The notes beneath the pieces were generated by a model. The model had not been told where the DNA came from and made no database searches. It saw only the letters and a program-made list of their open reading frames with translations. From Octopus sinensis (taxonomy: Eukaryota): a stretch of DNA of 64,000 bases. Position numbers and translations under genes: made by a program. The DNA lies in assembly GCF_006345805.1 (NCBI RefSeq), contig NC_043000.1, forward strand, positions 42,656,001 to 42,720,000, in the 5' to 3' direction. Positions 27,058 to 39,099 of the stretch are shown here, piece by piece. The stretch's first letter is position 1. Each line of letters starts with the position of its first letter.

Positions 27058-28168
27058 AATAAATTATAGCGGAGGTAATCAGTGATTCTTATTATTAGAA
27101 TCAGGGGAGGTAATTACTCTTTTTCAGAGAATTCGAATCTACCATATGTAGTTTAAATAGATATATATATTTTGAACTTAGATATATACAGAGTTCAAAA
27201 TGTTTATGTTGAAACCCACTTAGTACTTTTCAGTAAATGTATTCTCTTTACTTAACTGCTGTTTACAGAACCAGAATAATCAAAACGAACAACAGAATCT
27301 GTGAAGTGTTTATTTGGTCCACTGTATAATGACATGCATAAGATCTGGTCATCAAATCTAAGTAGAGACTTCAAACTTGAAATATTCAAAGCCACAGTCG
27401 AACCAGTTCTACTATATGGCTCAGAAACCTGGACGTTATCAAAGAAGCTTGAGAGGCGGTTGGATGGAACCTACACTTGCCTCCTTATGAGAGCTCAAAA
27501 TCTCTCGTGGAAGCGCTATCCAACCAAAATGCAAATATATGGGAAATTACCACCTGTATCATCTCTTGTGAAAGTTAGGAGAGTCCAGTTTGCTGGACAT
27601 TGTTGTAGAGCTGAAAAAGAAGTAATTTCTACTCTTCTCCTCTGGAAGCCATCTACTCGCAATACCAGAGGGCGCACACTCTCCTACCCTGATGTAATCT
27701 CCAGGGATACAGGCATCCAGCAACAGGACCTCCGTAATGCTATGATGGACCGTGAAGTCTGGCGTAACATAGTAAATTCCATTGTCTCGACCACGGTCGA
27801 ACAATGATGAATGATGATGATAATTTAGCAGATGGATAAAGTCTCGCTGTTGTTTTAAATTTGGCTTCTTGTATTATTTCCATGAGTAAACTTGCAGCAC
27901 ATATTATATAATGGTATGCAACATTCCGTTGTAAACCAAGAGAGACTTTATAACCACCATCAGCTAAATCACCAATGCAATGGAACATCATCTGTTCAAA
28001 AATATCAACCATGCCTAATAATGGATATATATCAAATTCGGACTACGTAAATAGCTGATTTCATAAGTACATATCTTTTTAAACTCCATATCTTTAGTCC
28101 TAAAAACGAAAATTACTTTCCCTGCTTCTAATAGTAACAATCTCTGATTACCTCCCCTAAAATTTATT
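27058..28168. repeat. Diverged ~100-bp inverted repeats (27058-27163 and 28071-28168) flanking the RTE fragment
   Basis: AATAAATT(A/T)TAG(C/G)GGAGGTAATCAG(T/A)GATT...ATTAGAA(T/G)CAGGG...GTAATT...ATATG(T/G)AGTTTAAA is present in both orientations. Confidence 0.8.
27301..27824 (+). mobile_element. RTE-clade LINE 3' end, 5'-truncated, with open C-terminal ORF
   Basis: IFKATVEPVLLYGSETWTL...RRVQFAGHC...LLWKP...RGR...MMDREVWR, followed by a (TGA)n-like tail. Confidence 0.9.
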
Positions 28169-28477
28169 TACTATTCGACTCATTTAATACATATTTGTTC
28201 TACTAACGTGAAGTTAGTAGAACAAATATTGTGTTTTTGTGTTCGTGTGTGCCTCTCACCACCGCTTGATAACCAATGTTGGCTTGTTTGCATTCCCGTA
28301 ACATAATGGATTGGCAAAGGTTACGATAGAATAAATACTTGGCTTTAAAAAATATAAGTACAGGGGTCGATTTATCTGGCTGAGACTTTGAAGGCGATGA
28401 CGCAGTAGAGCCGCAGCCCGGTTACTTAAATAAGGGAAACACAAACGCTAAAAGGATATATACATACATATATATAC

Positions 28478-28551
<74 letters not shown>

Positions 28552-29671
28552 AGTAAAATAAAGATTTAGATAGAATAGCGTACTTGAAAAGGTATGCACC
28601 AGGTAGGGTTGGATAATCCTCCGGTTCCGGCCTATGGTTGATAAGTATCGAATAGAATAATTTGGCTGTGTACATAGAAAAACCCGAACCCTATGAGTAT
28701 TTAGCGCCTGATGATTGCGGTTTTTTGTAATGAAGTAATTTTCTCATTCTTCTATTGAAAATGGGTAAGAAACAGCTGTAATGTGCTGACAATTATCCAT
28801 CGTATGCTAGTATTCATTTGCTAACCGTATATACTCGATTAATAGACAGCAAACGCCACTGTATGAATTTGTACAGAGGTATGACGTCGGAAAGCCTAAA
28901 AACATTTATTTAATCGCTAGATCAGTGGTTCTCGATATTTTTTTTTTTGCCGCGGAATCATTCGACATTATTTTTTAAAACGTAGAATCCCTGATAACTT
29001 CTAAGGAATTCTGGGATTTTGCAGAACATGAAAATTGCGTAATGTTATTGAAGAGTTATAATGTGAAACACCCCGAGTATATATCAGCTTTATGCATCGT
29101 ATAGGTAGTAACATGCCGGTATAGGGTAGACATGTTACCGGTGGTAATATGACATAATTATGAGATATAAATTGATTTCGCTCAGCTAGTCTGTTAAGTT
29201 TGATGGATACAAATGAAAGAGGTGTTGGTATTTGTAAGAGCTACTCGGTCTTGTTTATGGGCTTTGTTATTTATTTATACGTGTGTTTTGGTGTATAGAA
29301 TTGGTAATATTACTGTTATTTACTATTGTGCTTTTGAATTTATTTGCTTAGAGATCAGTTGGACTTCTGCTGCTGTTACGGTACTCCGGATTCTAGCCTT
29401 AATTTCAGCTCTTTAAATGTAGTATCCATGTAATACTCGACTCCATAAATTTGACCTTGAAAAAGGGTCTAAAATTTGGAGTTTTACAAGAGTATATACG
29501 GTATATGCATATCTACTTATAGACATGTCTATGTGTGTAAAATGTATACATACATGCATACATACATACGTACACACAAGCACATACATACGTACGTACA
29601 CATAGGTACATACACACACATGCATATATAGAGAGAGGTAGAGACAGAGAGAGAAGAGAGAGAGAGAGAGA

Positions 29672-29999
29672 GGTGCAGGAGTGGCTGTCTAGCAAGAAGT
29701 TTGCTTCCCAACCACATGGTTCCGGGGTGAGTCCCACTGCGTGACACTAGTTTCTTCTTCTATAGCTTAGGCCGAGCAAAACCTTGTGAGTGGATTTGTA
29801 TGTCTGTACTTGTCCCCCACTCACCGCTTGACAACCGATGTTGATGTGCTTGCGACCCCGTAACTTAGCGGTTCGAGATATCAGGTCGATAAAATAAGTG
29901 CTAGGCTTACAAAGAAAAAGTTCTGGGGGCCGATGTTTTCGAATAAAGGCGGTGCTCCAGAATGGTTGCAGTGAAATAACTGAAACAAGTAAAAGAATA
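29672..29999 (+). mobile_element. tRNA-derived SINE (GG(C/T)GCAGGAGTGGCTGT family) with 3' module
   Basis: A-box-like TGGCTGTCTAGC and B-box-like GGGGTGAGTCCC. The 3' module GCGGTGCTCCAG...ACTGAAACAAGTAAAAGA is shared with 38712-38905 and 56900-57050. Confidence 0.8.
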
Positions 30000-31982
30000 T
30001 ATATATATATATTATATATATATATATTATATATATATATATAGTGGTATAGCTACTCGTTTAATGCCCTCATAAGTATGACTGTTATATTGTGCATATG
30101 TGTTTGTGTGGTCGGTTATTTGATCGTGTTTATAAGTCTGTTATATATCGAAGGAATTTGTTAGTCATTCCGACATCATTTTCAGAGTTGCAACCTACAA
30201 GAACAAAAGAACAGTGTAGATGTGCTTAAGATAACGAACAATATGCTATGGGAATAATGAAGTTGGTGATGATATTTAGAATCGTCTTGTTTATGGTGAT
30301 GGGGATGGTACTAATGCTAATCTATTATGATGACGATGATGATGTCAACGTTGATGATGATGATGATATGATAATAAAGGCTCTGTTGAGCAAAACTTCA
30401 CCGGCGACGGAGATCAGCGCAATTATTCACCTAATTTTCAAATATGTTGTTCTGCCATTGTTTTGCTGTTGTTGGTTTCATATTTTGTAGTTGACGGTGT
30501 TTCTCTGCAGTTCTTTTGTTATTTATCTCTATATAGATACATTATTGGTGTTTAGATAATTAGTATTCTATGAAGAATTCGACTGCATTTGATTGATTTC
30601 ATGTCATTGAATATATATTCTTATGTTGTATTTCTTTTCGGTTTTGCTTTATTAAAATTGCTTCTGCTATAAGTAGCACCAACGTCATCACCCTCATCAA
30701 TGTCGTCGACGTAGACGTCCACCTCCCCCTTACCTCCATAATAATAATCATCGTGATTACTATCGATATGTCATATACCGCATGAGCTGTTTGCTTTTTT
30801 CTGTTTTTTGTATTTTTGATGTTTCACTATTTCAATACGAAGCTCACATCATTTTTATTTCAGTTTTGGTAGCATAGTAATGAAACCAAATACAGGCATG
30901 TGTATCTATTTACTACAGTGTATTTCATATATGTGTATACACACACAGACACACACACACACTCATATGTATGATATATTCGTATATGCATGCATGTGTA
31001 TAAATGAATAAATATATATATATATATACATACATGCATATATATATATGTGTGTGTGTGTGCATATATACGTATATATTTATATATATGTATGCATACA
31101 CACACACACAGAGAAACATATCCGCAAACACACACACACACACACACACGCAAACACCTACACACACAACACACAGAAACACGCTTACACACATATAATC
31201 CATCCTACACGATGCTATAGTTACAAATCATCAACCGCGACTCATATTAAGATAAATATATGCATTAGTCTCCTTTCTTACTGTGCCCGAATTTCAGCAA
31301 TTTCCGGTTTAAATCTGATTTCGATTTCAAATTGAAGATGCTGTATATATATTTTTTATTGTATATTGTATTTTATTTCTTTGCTGAAACGTATTGATAT
31401 CATACAAACGTCCGGGAAGATCTTGGCAGCTTACTCGTGAAAAATGGTTTTGCTAATTTCCCGTGCCACGTGACTCATGAGTCAAATGTAGCTAAACATG
31501 ATTATAAATTGATTGTTTTTCTTGTACGAGGAATTAGATCCTATACCAGAAAAATGACTTTTTTCATGTTTGTGTGCGCGTGTGTGTGTGTGTGTAGGGG
31601 AGGTCTAGAGGCAAAATATATTTTTTCTCATACCTCTAACAAGACAGAATGATATCCTACTGAAACTTGAGCCCCAGTGATTATAAATGTAATCCATATA
31701 TTTATTTTAATAATGACTCAACAGATTGTTGTCCAACGTTACATACATACATGCATGCATACATACATGCAGATAGACAGTCATACACACACACATACAC
31801 ACATACACACATACACACACAAACACACACACACACACATATATATGTATGTATATATCAGTTAAATAATGTTAAAACAAGGTTTGTTTTTCAAGTTTTT
31901 AATCATGGTATTTTGGAAATTATTTTTACAATATTGAAGTGTATTAAGTATTAAAAAATAGTTTGTACTGTTCATAAAGTTG

Positions 31983-32020
31983 AATTAGCGCTTTCATACG
32001 TTCGTAGTATTCATCAGATT
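31983..32020 (-). ncRNA. Minimal type-I hammerhead ribozyme with intact catalytic core
   Basis: aat CTGATGA atac tacgaac gtat GAAA gcgc T A att. Canonical CUGAUGA/GAAA/UH, 4-bp stem II, palindromic AGCGCT stem III, 3-bp stem I. Confidence 0.72.
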
Positions 32021-32413
32021 TTAAAATGTATTTAACTGACGGTTGAGTTATTGACAACTATAGTAAAATGAGTGACTTCTTTCTTTTTATAGCTCTTAGA
32101 AGGCCGCTACAAACCGAATTTTGGAATTCTGTTTTGACCAATCCGCATGCAGCTTAAATGTCACGGTTTGCCGGGCTTAACGATATTACTGCCATAGATC
32201 CTACTTTTATTGCAACCAATTAGCTTGCGGTTTCCATGTAATGGTTTAATGAGTGAGAAAACTTAGTTGGTTTCGATTGTTTCTGTTTCAGTTGGTAGGA
32301 CTCTTCTGTAATTTCTCTATGTTCATATGTTGAAGATATTATATAGTCAATACCATTGACTGGTTGTTATATTATTGTGGTTATTTCCTCTTACAGGTAG
32401 AACCATTAGAACA

Positions 32414-32570
32414 AAAAATGGACAGATTTTCGCAAATGCAGATATGAACTGCAACAACCAAATTTGATCTGCTGCTTTAAATGCCCAAATTGAGAGGAAT
32501 TATATATAGGCGAGACAGGGATTGCATTAGCGGAACGCTCATATGTCCACAGACAACAAATCCGGAGCAC
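32414..32570 (+). pseudogene. Penelope GIY-YIG remnant
   Basis: KNGQIFANADMNC / NLICCFKCPN*EELYIGETGIALAERSYVHRQQIR (YIGETG at 32503-32520) parallels the 3399-3860 domain. Confidence 0.7.
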
Positions 32571-32630
32571 TAATATTATTCTGTACACATTTACACTAAT
32601 TCGGAAGTAAATATGTATATATATATATAT

Positions 32631-32671
32631 ACTAGCATTATGACCCGTCGTTGCCGGGCCATACTGCTAGT
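32631..32671. mobile_element. 41-nt fold-back mini-element resembling Helitron/Helentron termini
   Basis: ACTAGCA-T-TATG-A-CCCG-TCGTTGC-CGGG-C-CATA-C-TGCTAGT, resembling the start of the element at 46617. Confidence 0.5.
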
Positions 32672-32689
32672 GTTTTTCTTTTTTTTCTA

Positions 32690-32996
32690 AAAACCCGAAA
32701 ATTATGTTTGTTTTAAACCTTGAGATTACATAGAAAGTATTTTGCGTAGGATATGAGCAGTTCCCATGAGCACTATCTTTTGAATTTCTGCCATTTTTGG
32801 GTTTCCTGGTATCTGAGTTAGGTAGCTATCAGCCCCTTTTGCTATCATTCCCAGGGCACCTATGACAACAGGTATTGTTTTAGTCTTCAGGTTCCACATT
32901 TTGCTGATTTCTATTTCAAGATCTTTATATTTGCTCAGTTTTTGGTAGGTCTTGACAGATACGTTTATATCGATTTGGACAGTCATATCAATCATA
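32690..32996 (-). mobile_element. R4/Dong-type LINE 3' fragment (subfamily C)
   Basis: MIDMTVQIDINVSVKTYQKLSKYKDLEIEISKMWNLKTKTIPVVIGALG...LMGTAHILRKILSM*. The 5' end abuts (ATT)n. Confidence 0.88.
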
Positions 32997-33019
32997 TCAT
33001 TATTATTATTATTATTATT

Positions 33020-33675
<656 letters not shown>

Positions 33676-33681
33676 CATTAA

Positions 33682-33717
<36 letters not shown>

Positions 33718-33723
33718 CATTAA

Positions 33724-34789
33724 TTTTATTTTTATAGCGTGCTTTCACTTCACTACCGAGCACAGCTCTGTGTGCCTTGGGTATGTGCTGTGATTTGTTG
33801 TGATGCGCTGATGGTTATTGTATGGAAAGTGTTCTGCGTAGGATGTGTGCAGTGCCTAGTAGTGCAATTTTCTGTATGTTATATGTGTTTTTAAGTCCTG
33901 GTGTTTTTGTTATGTATTTGTCTGAATATTTTTTTATCATGCCTAATGCACCTACTATGATAGGAATTGTTTCTGTTTTCAGATTCCACATTCTAGTTAC
34001 CTCTATTTCCAGGTCTTTGTATTTTGAGAGTTTCTCCATTTCTTTTAGAGACACGTTGTCATCAGCCGGTATTGATACATCATTAGAAAGCATTTTTTTT
34101 CTTCATGGTCTCTGACAACTATATCTGGTCTGTTGGCCTTAATTTCTCTATCTGTGTGTATCGGCATATCCCAGAGTATGGTTGCTTTCTCGTTTTCTGT
34201 GACCTTTTCTGGTGTGTTCCTATACCATCTTTTTTCTGTTGTTATTCCATAACGTTGGCATAGCTTCCAATGTATGTAGGTTCCAACTCTGTCATGTCTG
34301 TGAATATATTCCTTCTTAGCCAGGACTGGGCAGCTAGAGATAATATGATTTATTGTTTCTTGTCCATCTCCACATATTCTGCAGTTACTTGTAATATTTC
34401 TTTTCATTACATGTTTTTGGTAATTTCTGGTGGGGAGGCTTTGGTCTTGTGCTGCAATTAAAAATCCCTCTGTTTCTGCTTTGAGTCCTGTGCTTCTCAA
34501 CCATTGCTGGGATTTTTCTTTGTCTATTTCTTTTGCGTTTAGTTTAGTGCAGTATTTACCATGAAGGGGCTTTTCTTGCCATCGTTTTATCATGGCTCGT
34601 TGCTGTTCTATTTTTAGTTTGGATTTCATTTGTTTTATAGCTTTTGTTGTTTCTTCATCTTCTTCTTCTTCTTCATGTTTATTAGGTGGTATGATTTCTT
34701 GTTTATATTTGTCAGCTTCCTTAAATATTGAGAACAGTTTTTTGTTTTGCTCGTGTTTTGCCGCTATCTGGATCAGTTTTCCTTCCTTC
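33724..34789 (-). mobile_element. R4/Dong-type LINE, 5'-truncated (subfamily A, copy A1)
   Basis: KPLHGKY, LKAETEGFLIAAQDQSL, CRICGDGQETINHIISSC (CCHC), RHD and RPDIVV (RLE). Flanked by (ATT)n. Confidence 0.93.
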
Positions 34790-34882
<93 letters not shown>

Positions 34883-34898
34883 CATTATTATTATTATT

Positions 34899-36414
34899 TA
34901 CTTTTAATCTGCATGTTTGATGCAATCACTTGCCGGGACACACCCAGCGCCCTAGGGCAAGTGAAGGTTAAGAGTTGTTGAAATATAGCTGAAAGCTTGG
35001 GGAGGGGAAGTAGAGAAACATCTCCATGTAATACAACACAAACATTTACATTGATAGGGTTTTTCTAAGGATGTGGGCAGTACTTGTTAGCACAATCTTT
35101 TGGATTTCCTTGAGACATGGTTCTCCAGGAATATTGTCTAGGTGTTTCTGCATCCCTTTTTTTATCATACCTAGGGTACCTACAATAACAGGAACAGTTT
35201 TTGTTTTAAAATTCCACATCTTTTGTATTTCGATTTCCAGGTCCTTATATTTACTAAGTTTGTTAAATTCCTTTACAGATATATTGTTATCAGTGGGGAC
35301 GCTTACCTCTATTAGTCTGCAGGTACTTTCTTCCCTGTCTTTAACAATTATGTCTGGTCGATTAGCCTTGATCGTTCTGTCAGTATTGACTGGAAAATCC
35401 CAGAGGATGGTGACATTTTTACCTTCAACAACTGGCTGAGTATGGTGTTCATACCAGTTAGCAGGAGTGCCGAATTTGTAGTGTTTACATATCTTCTAAT
35501 GTATATACTGTCCTACCCTATCGTGGCGATTTTTGTATTCGTTTGGTGTCAGCACAGGACATCCCGAAACGAGATGGTGTATTGTTTCGTAAAATGTGTC
35601 ACAGAATCTGCATTTAGGGTCAGTACCGTTTCGGAGAACGCTAGCCTGGTAATTTCTGGTAAACAAGCTTTGATCTTGTGCTGCCAGTATGAAGCCTTCA
35701 GTCTCTGCTTTCAATCCAGAACTCTTCAGCCACTGATGGGTTGTTGCTTGGTCTACATCAGCATTTTGGCTTCGGAAAATATATTGTCCATGCAGGGGCT
35801 TCTGGCTCCACCGCCTCTCAGTTTGATTCTGCCCGTTCTTTTTTGCAGTCTGCTTGATTCGCTTTGCTTGCTTGGTAGCAGTGGTTTCCGGCTCTTCATC
35901 TGATTCAAGGTTAATGTCTAGTTCCCTTTCGAACATATAAGCTTCCTTGACAATAGAATGCAGCTTTTTGCTGCTTTCGTGTTCGCACACAAGTCGCAGC
36001 ATCCAGTCCTTTGTACTAGATAGGTACCTGTTCATTCCTACAGTGGAGGTCTTATATCACAGCTCTAATTGCATCATTCCTCTTTCCCCCCCGCTGCTTC
36101 TAGGTAGGTACAGGCGGTCTACATTTGCCTTAGGGTGGTGCATGTTCTGGGATGTCAGTAAATTTCTTGTCTTTCTGTCCAAGCGTTGGAGTTCCGTAAG
36201 GTTCCAGTTAATGATGTTAAAACTGTACTGGACTACTGGAAGTGCCAGGGTGTTAATGGCCTCAATGCAATTTTTGGAGTTGATTTCAGTCTTCAGTAAA
36301 AGCCTTATTCTCCTATAGTATTCCTTTCTTATTTTTTCCTTCATAGTAGCATGATGTATACCATCTCCTTCGTTGATTCCTAAGTATTTGTAACTTTCTT
36401 GTGGGTCAAGTTCC
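34899..36414 (-). mobile_element. R4/Dong-type LINE, 5'-truncated (subfamily B)
   Basis: KEYYRRIRLLLKTEINSKN...HPKANVDRLYLPRSSGG, KPLHGQY, CRFCDTFYETIHHLVSGC and RHDRVG. Its 3' UTR differs from subfamily A. Flanked by (ATT)n. Confidence 0.93.
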
Positions 36415-36452
<38 letters not shown>

Positions 36453-36655
36453 TATTATAATTATTATTATTATTATTATTATCATTATTATTATTGTTAT
36501 TATTATTATTATTCTTATCATTATCATTATTATTATTATTATTGTTATTATTATTATTGTTATTATTATTATTATTGTTATTATTATTATTGTCATTATT
36601 ATTATTATTATCAGTATTATTATTATTATTATTATCATCATCATCATCATCATCA

Positions 36656-36716
<61 letters not shown>

Positions 36717-36741
36717 CATCATCTTCATTATTATTATTATT
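36415..36741. repeat. Long compound (TAT/TGT/CAT)n triplet array
   Basis: Directly visible. Confidence 0.95.
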
Positions 36742-37379
36742 CAGTAGTTTTATTTTTATAGCGTGCTTTCACTTCACTACCGAGCACAGCTCTGTGTGCC
36801 TTGGGTATGTGCTGTGATTTGTTGTGATGCTCTGATGGTTATTGTATGGAAAGTGTTCTGCGTAGGATGTGTGCAGTGCCTAGTAGTGCAATTTTCTGTA
36901 TGTTATATGTGTTTTTAAGTCCTGGTGTTTTTGTTATGTATTTGTCTGAATATTTTTTTATCATGCCTAATGCACCTACTATGATAGGTATTGTTTCTGT
37001 TTTCAGATTCCACATTCTAGTTACCTCTATTTCCAGGTCTTTGTATTTTGAGAGTTTCTCCATTTCTTTTAGAGACACGTTGTCATCAGCCGGTATTGAT
37101 ACATCAATTAGAAAGCATTTTTTTCTTCATGATCTCTGACAACTATATCTGGTCTGTTGGCCTTAATTTCTCTATCTGTGTGTATCGGCATATCCCAGAG
37201 TATGGTTGCTTTCTCGTTTTCTGTGACCTTTTCTGGTGTGTGCGTATACCATCTTTTTTCTGTTGTTATTCCATAATGTTGGCATAGCTTCCAATGTATG
37301 TAGGTTCCAACTCTGTCATGTCTGTGAATATATTCCTTCTTAGCCAGGACTGGGCAGCTAGAGATAATATGATTTATTG
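36742..37379 (-). mobile_element. R4/Dong-type LINE 3' fragment (copy A2)
   Basis: Near-identical to 33724-34350. Flanked by (ATT)n. Confidence 0.93.
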
Positions 37380-37431
37380 TTATGATTATTATTATTATAT
37401 TATAATATGATTATTATTATTATTATTATTA

Positions 37432-37471
<40 letters not shown>

Positions 37472-38711
37472 ATTATTATTATCCTCATTGTTGCTGGTAT
37501 TTTGTTTTACCATGTTACCTAGAACAATTTTGTATGTTCAATGCTTTTTCAAGAACTTCTTCATTAACTTATGCTCTCTATGCTACCTGAAGACATTAGT
37601 CGCAATATTTCTTCTCTCAAAGACGCTGAGTCATTTCGGAATGTGTATACTTCACAGATCATACAAACTTATTCATGATCACGAGCAATTTCATTAGTAT
37701 GGTTAATACCAAAAATTATTGATTTGTGGTTTTTCCTTCAGAAAAGCACTTAAGAAACCCGAGATAACTCTTATGATCTCTGTATGTATATATGCATATA
37801 GGTCTCTGTATGTTTGAATTTATGCATAGGTAGAGTGATAAGACGGAATGTTTCAAGAATTATGCTTTATCAATTAGAATATGACCGATTTGTCCTTGTT
37901 TTTAATTGCTAATCGTATCATACATTTCATATCACTTTTTTGTGGCGACGTTCTTTCCAAGTTCACTTGTATCACAGCATCACCGTCCGTGAACATTTGT
38001 TAAATACAGCAACTTCGCCATTGCTAAATCTACTTTCAGTCTTGTTTCGATTTCTACATATCGCTTTTGCATCGTTAATCTCGATGAAACGTTACAAGAA
38101 TCTGCATTCTTTCCAAAGTTCAAAGATGAGATCGCAGTAGAAAACAAATTCTGAAATAAAAACCATCATAAATTTTATTTCCCTAAATGACAAACTCAAG
38201 TCATGCGACTTTACGAAGAAGACGACGGGCATCCTAATCTAATATATTTATAACCTTGGCCGAAATTTTTAGGTGATTGCTTCACTAAAGTTACAATACA
38301 TTCTACATTTAGCTATTCTCTTTTAGCATAAGAAAGAAATGAGCACTTGAATGTAACATTTGATGTTCATAGATACTAAAGCTGAACTGGATTTTTATTT
38401 GTTCGCTTTAAGCTTTCTTTTATTTCTAACACCAAACGTTTATGCTTCCTTCATAAAAGAAATTTTATGCAGTAGGACGAACAATGCCCAGTTAAAACAT
38501 TTGGAGGAATCATATTTTTAAAGAATGTACTAGTTAGCAGCAATGAAAATAATGTATGACATGAGAATAATTAAGCACAAAAGAAGGTAAGGGGGAAAAC
38601 ATTGAAAGAAAAGAAACAAAGCCAAAACTTGAGTGACAAGACAGGACATGGAGTATTTATGTATTTATGCGTGTGTAATCATAATACATATATATACATA
38701 CATATGCATAT

Positions 38712-38905
38712 ACTCATTACTCTTTTACTTGCTTCAGTCATTTGAATATGGCCATGCTGGAGCACCGCCTGTAGTCGAGAAAATCGACCCCATGACGTAT
38801 TCTTTGTAAGCCTAGTACCCATTCTATCGTTCTCTTTTGCCGAACCGCTAAGTTATGGGGACATAAACATACCAGAATCGGTTGTCAAGCGATGTTGGGG
38901 ACAAA
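38712..38905 (-). mobile_element. SINE 3' module
   Basis: Reverse complement matches 29810-29999 (CTTGACAACCGAT...CTTAGCGGTTCG...GCGGTGCTCCAGCATGG...AAGTAAAAGA). Confidence 0.75.
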
Positions 38906-38928
38906 CACAGACACACAAACATATACAC

Positions 38929-39033
<105 letters not shown>

Positions 39034-39099
39034 ATATATATACATGCATACATATATATACATACATACATACATATATATATATATATTATATATATA

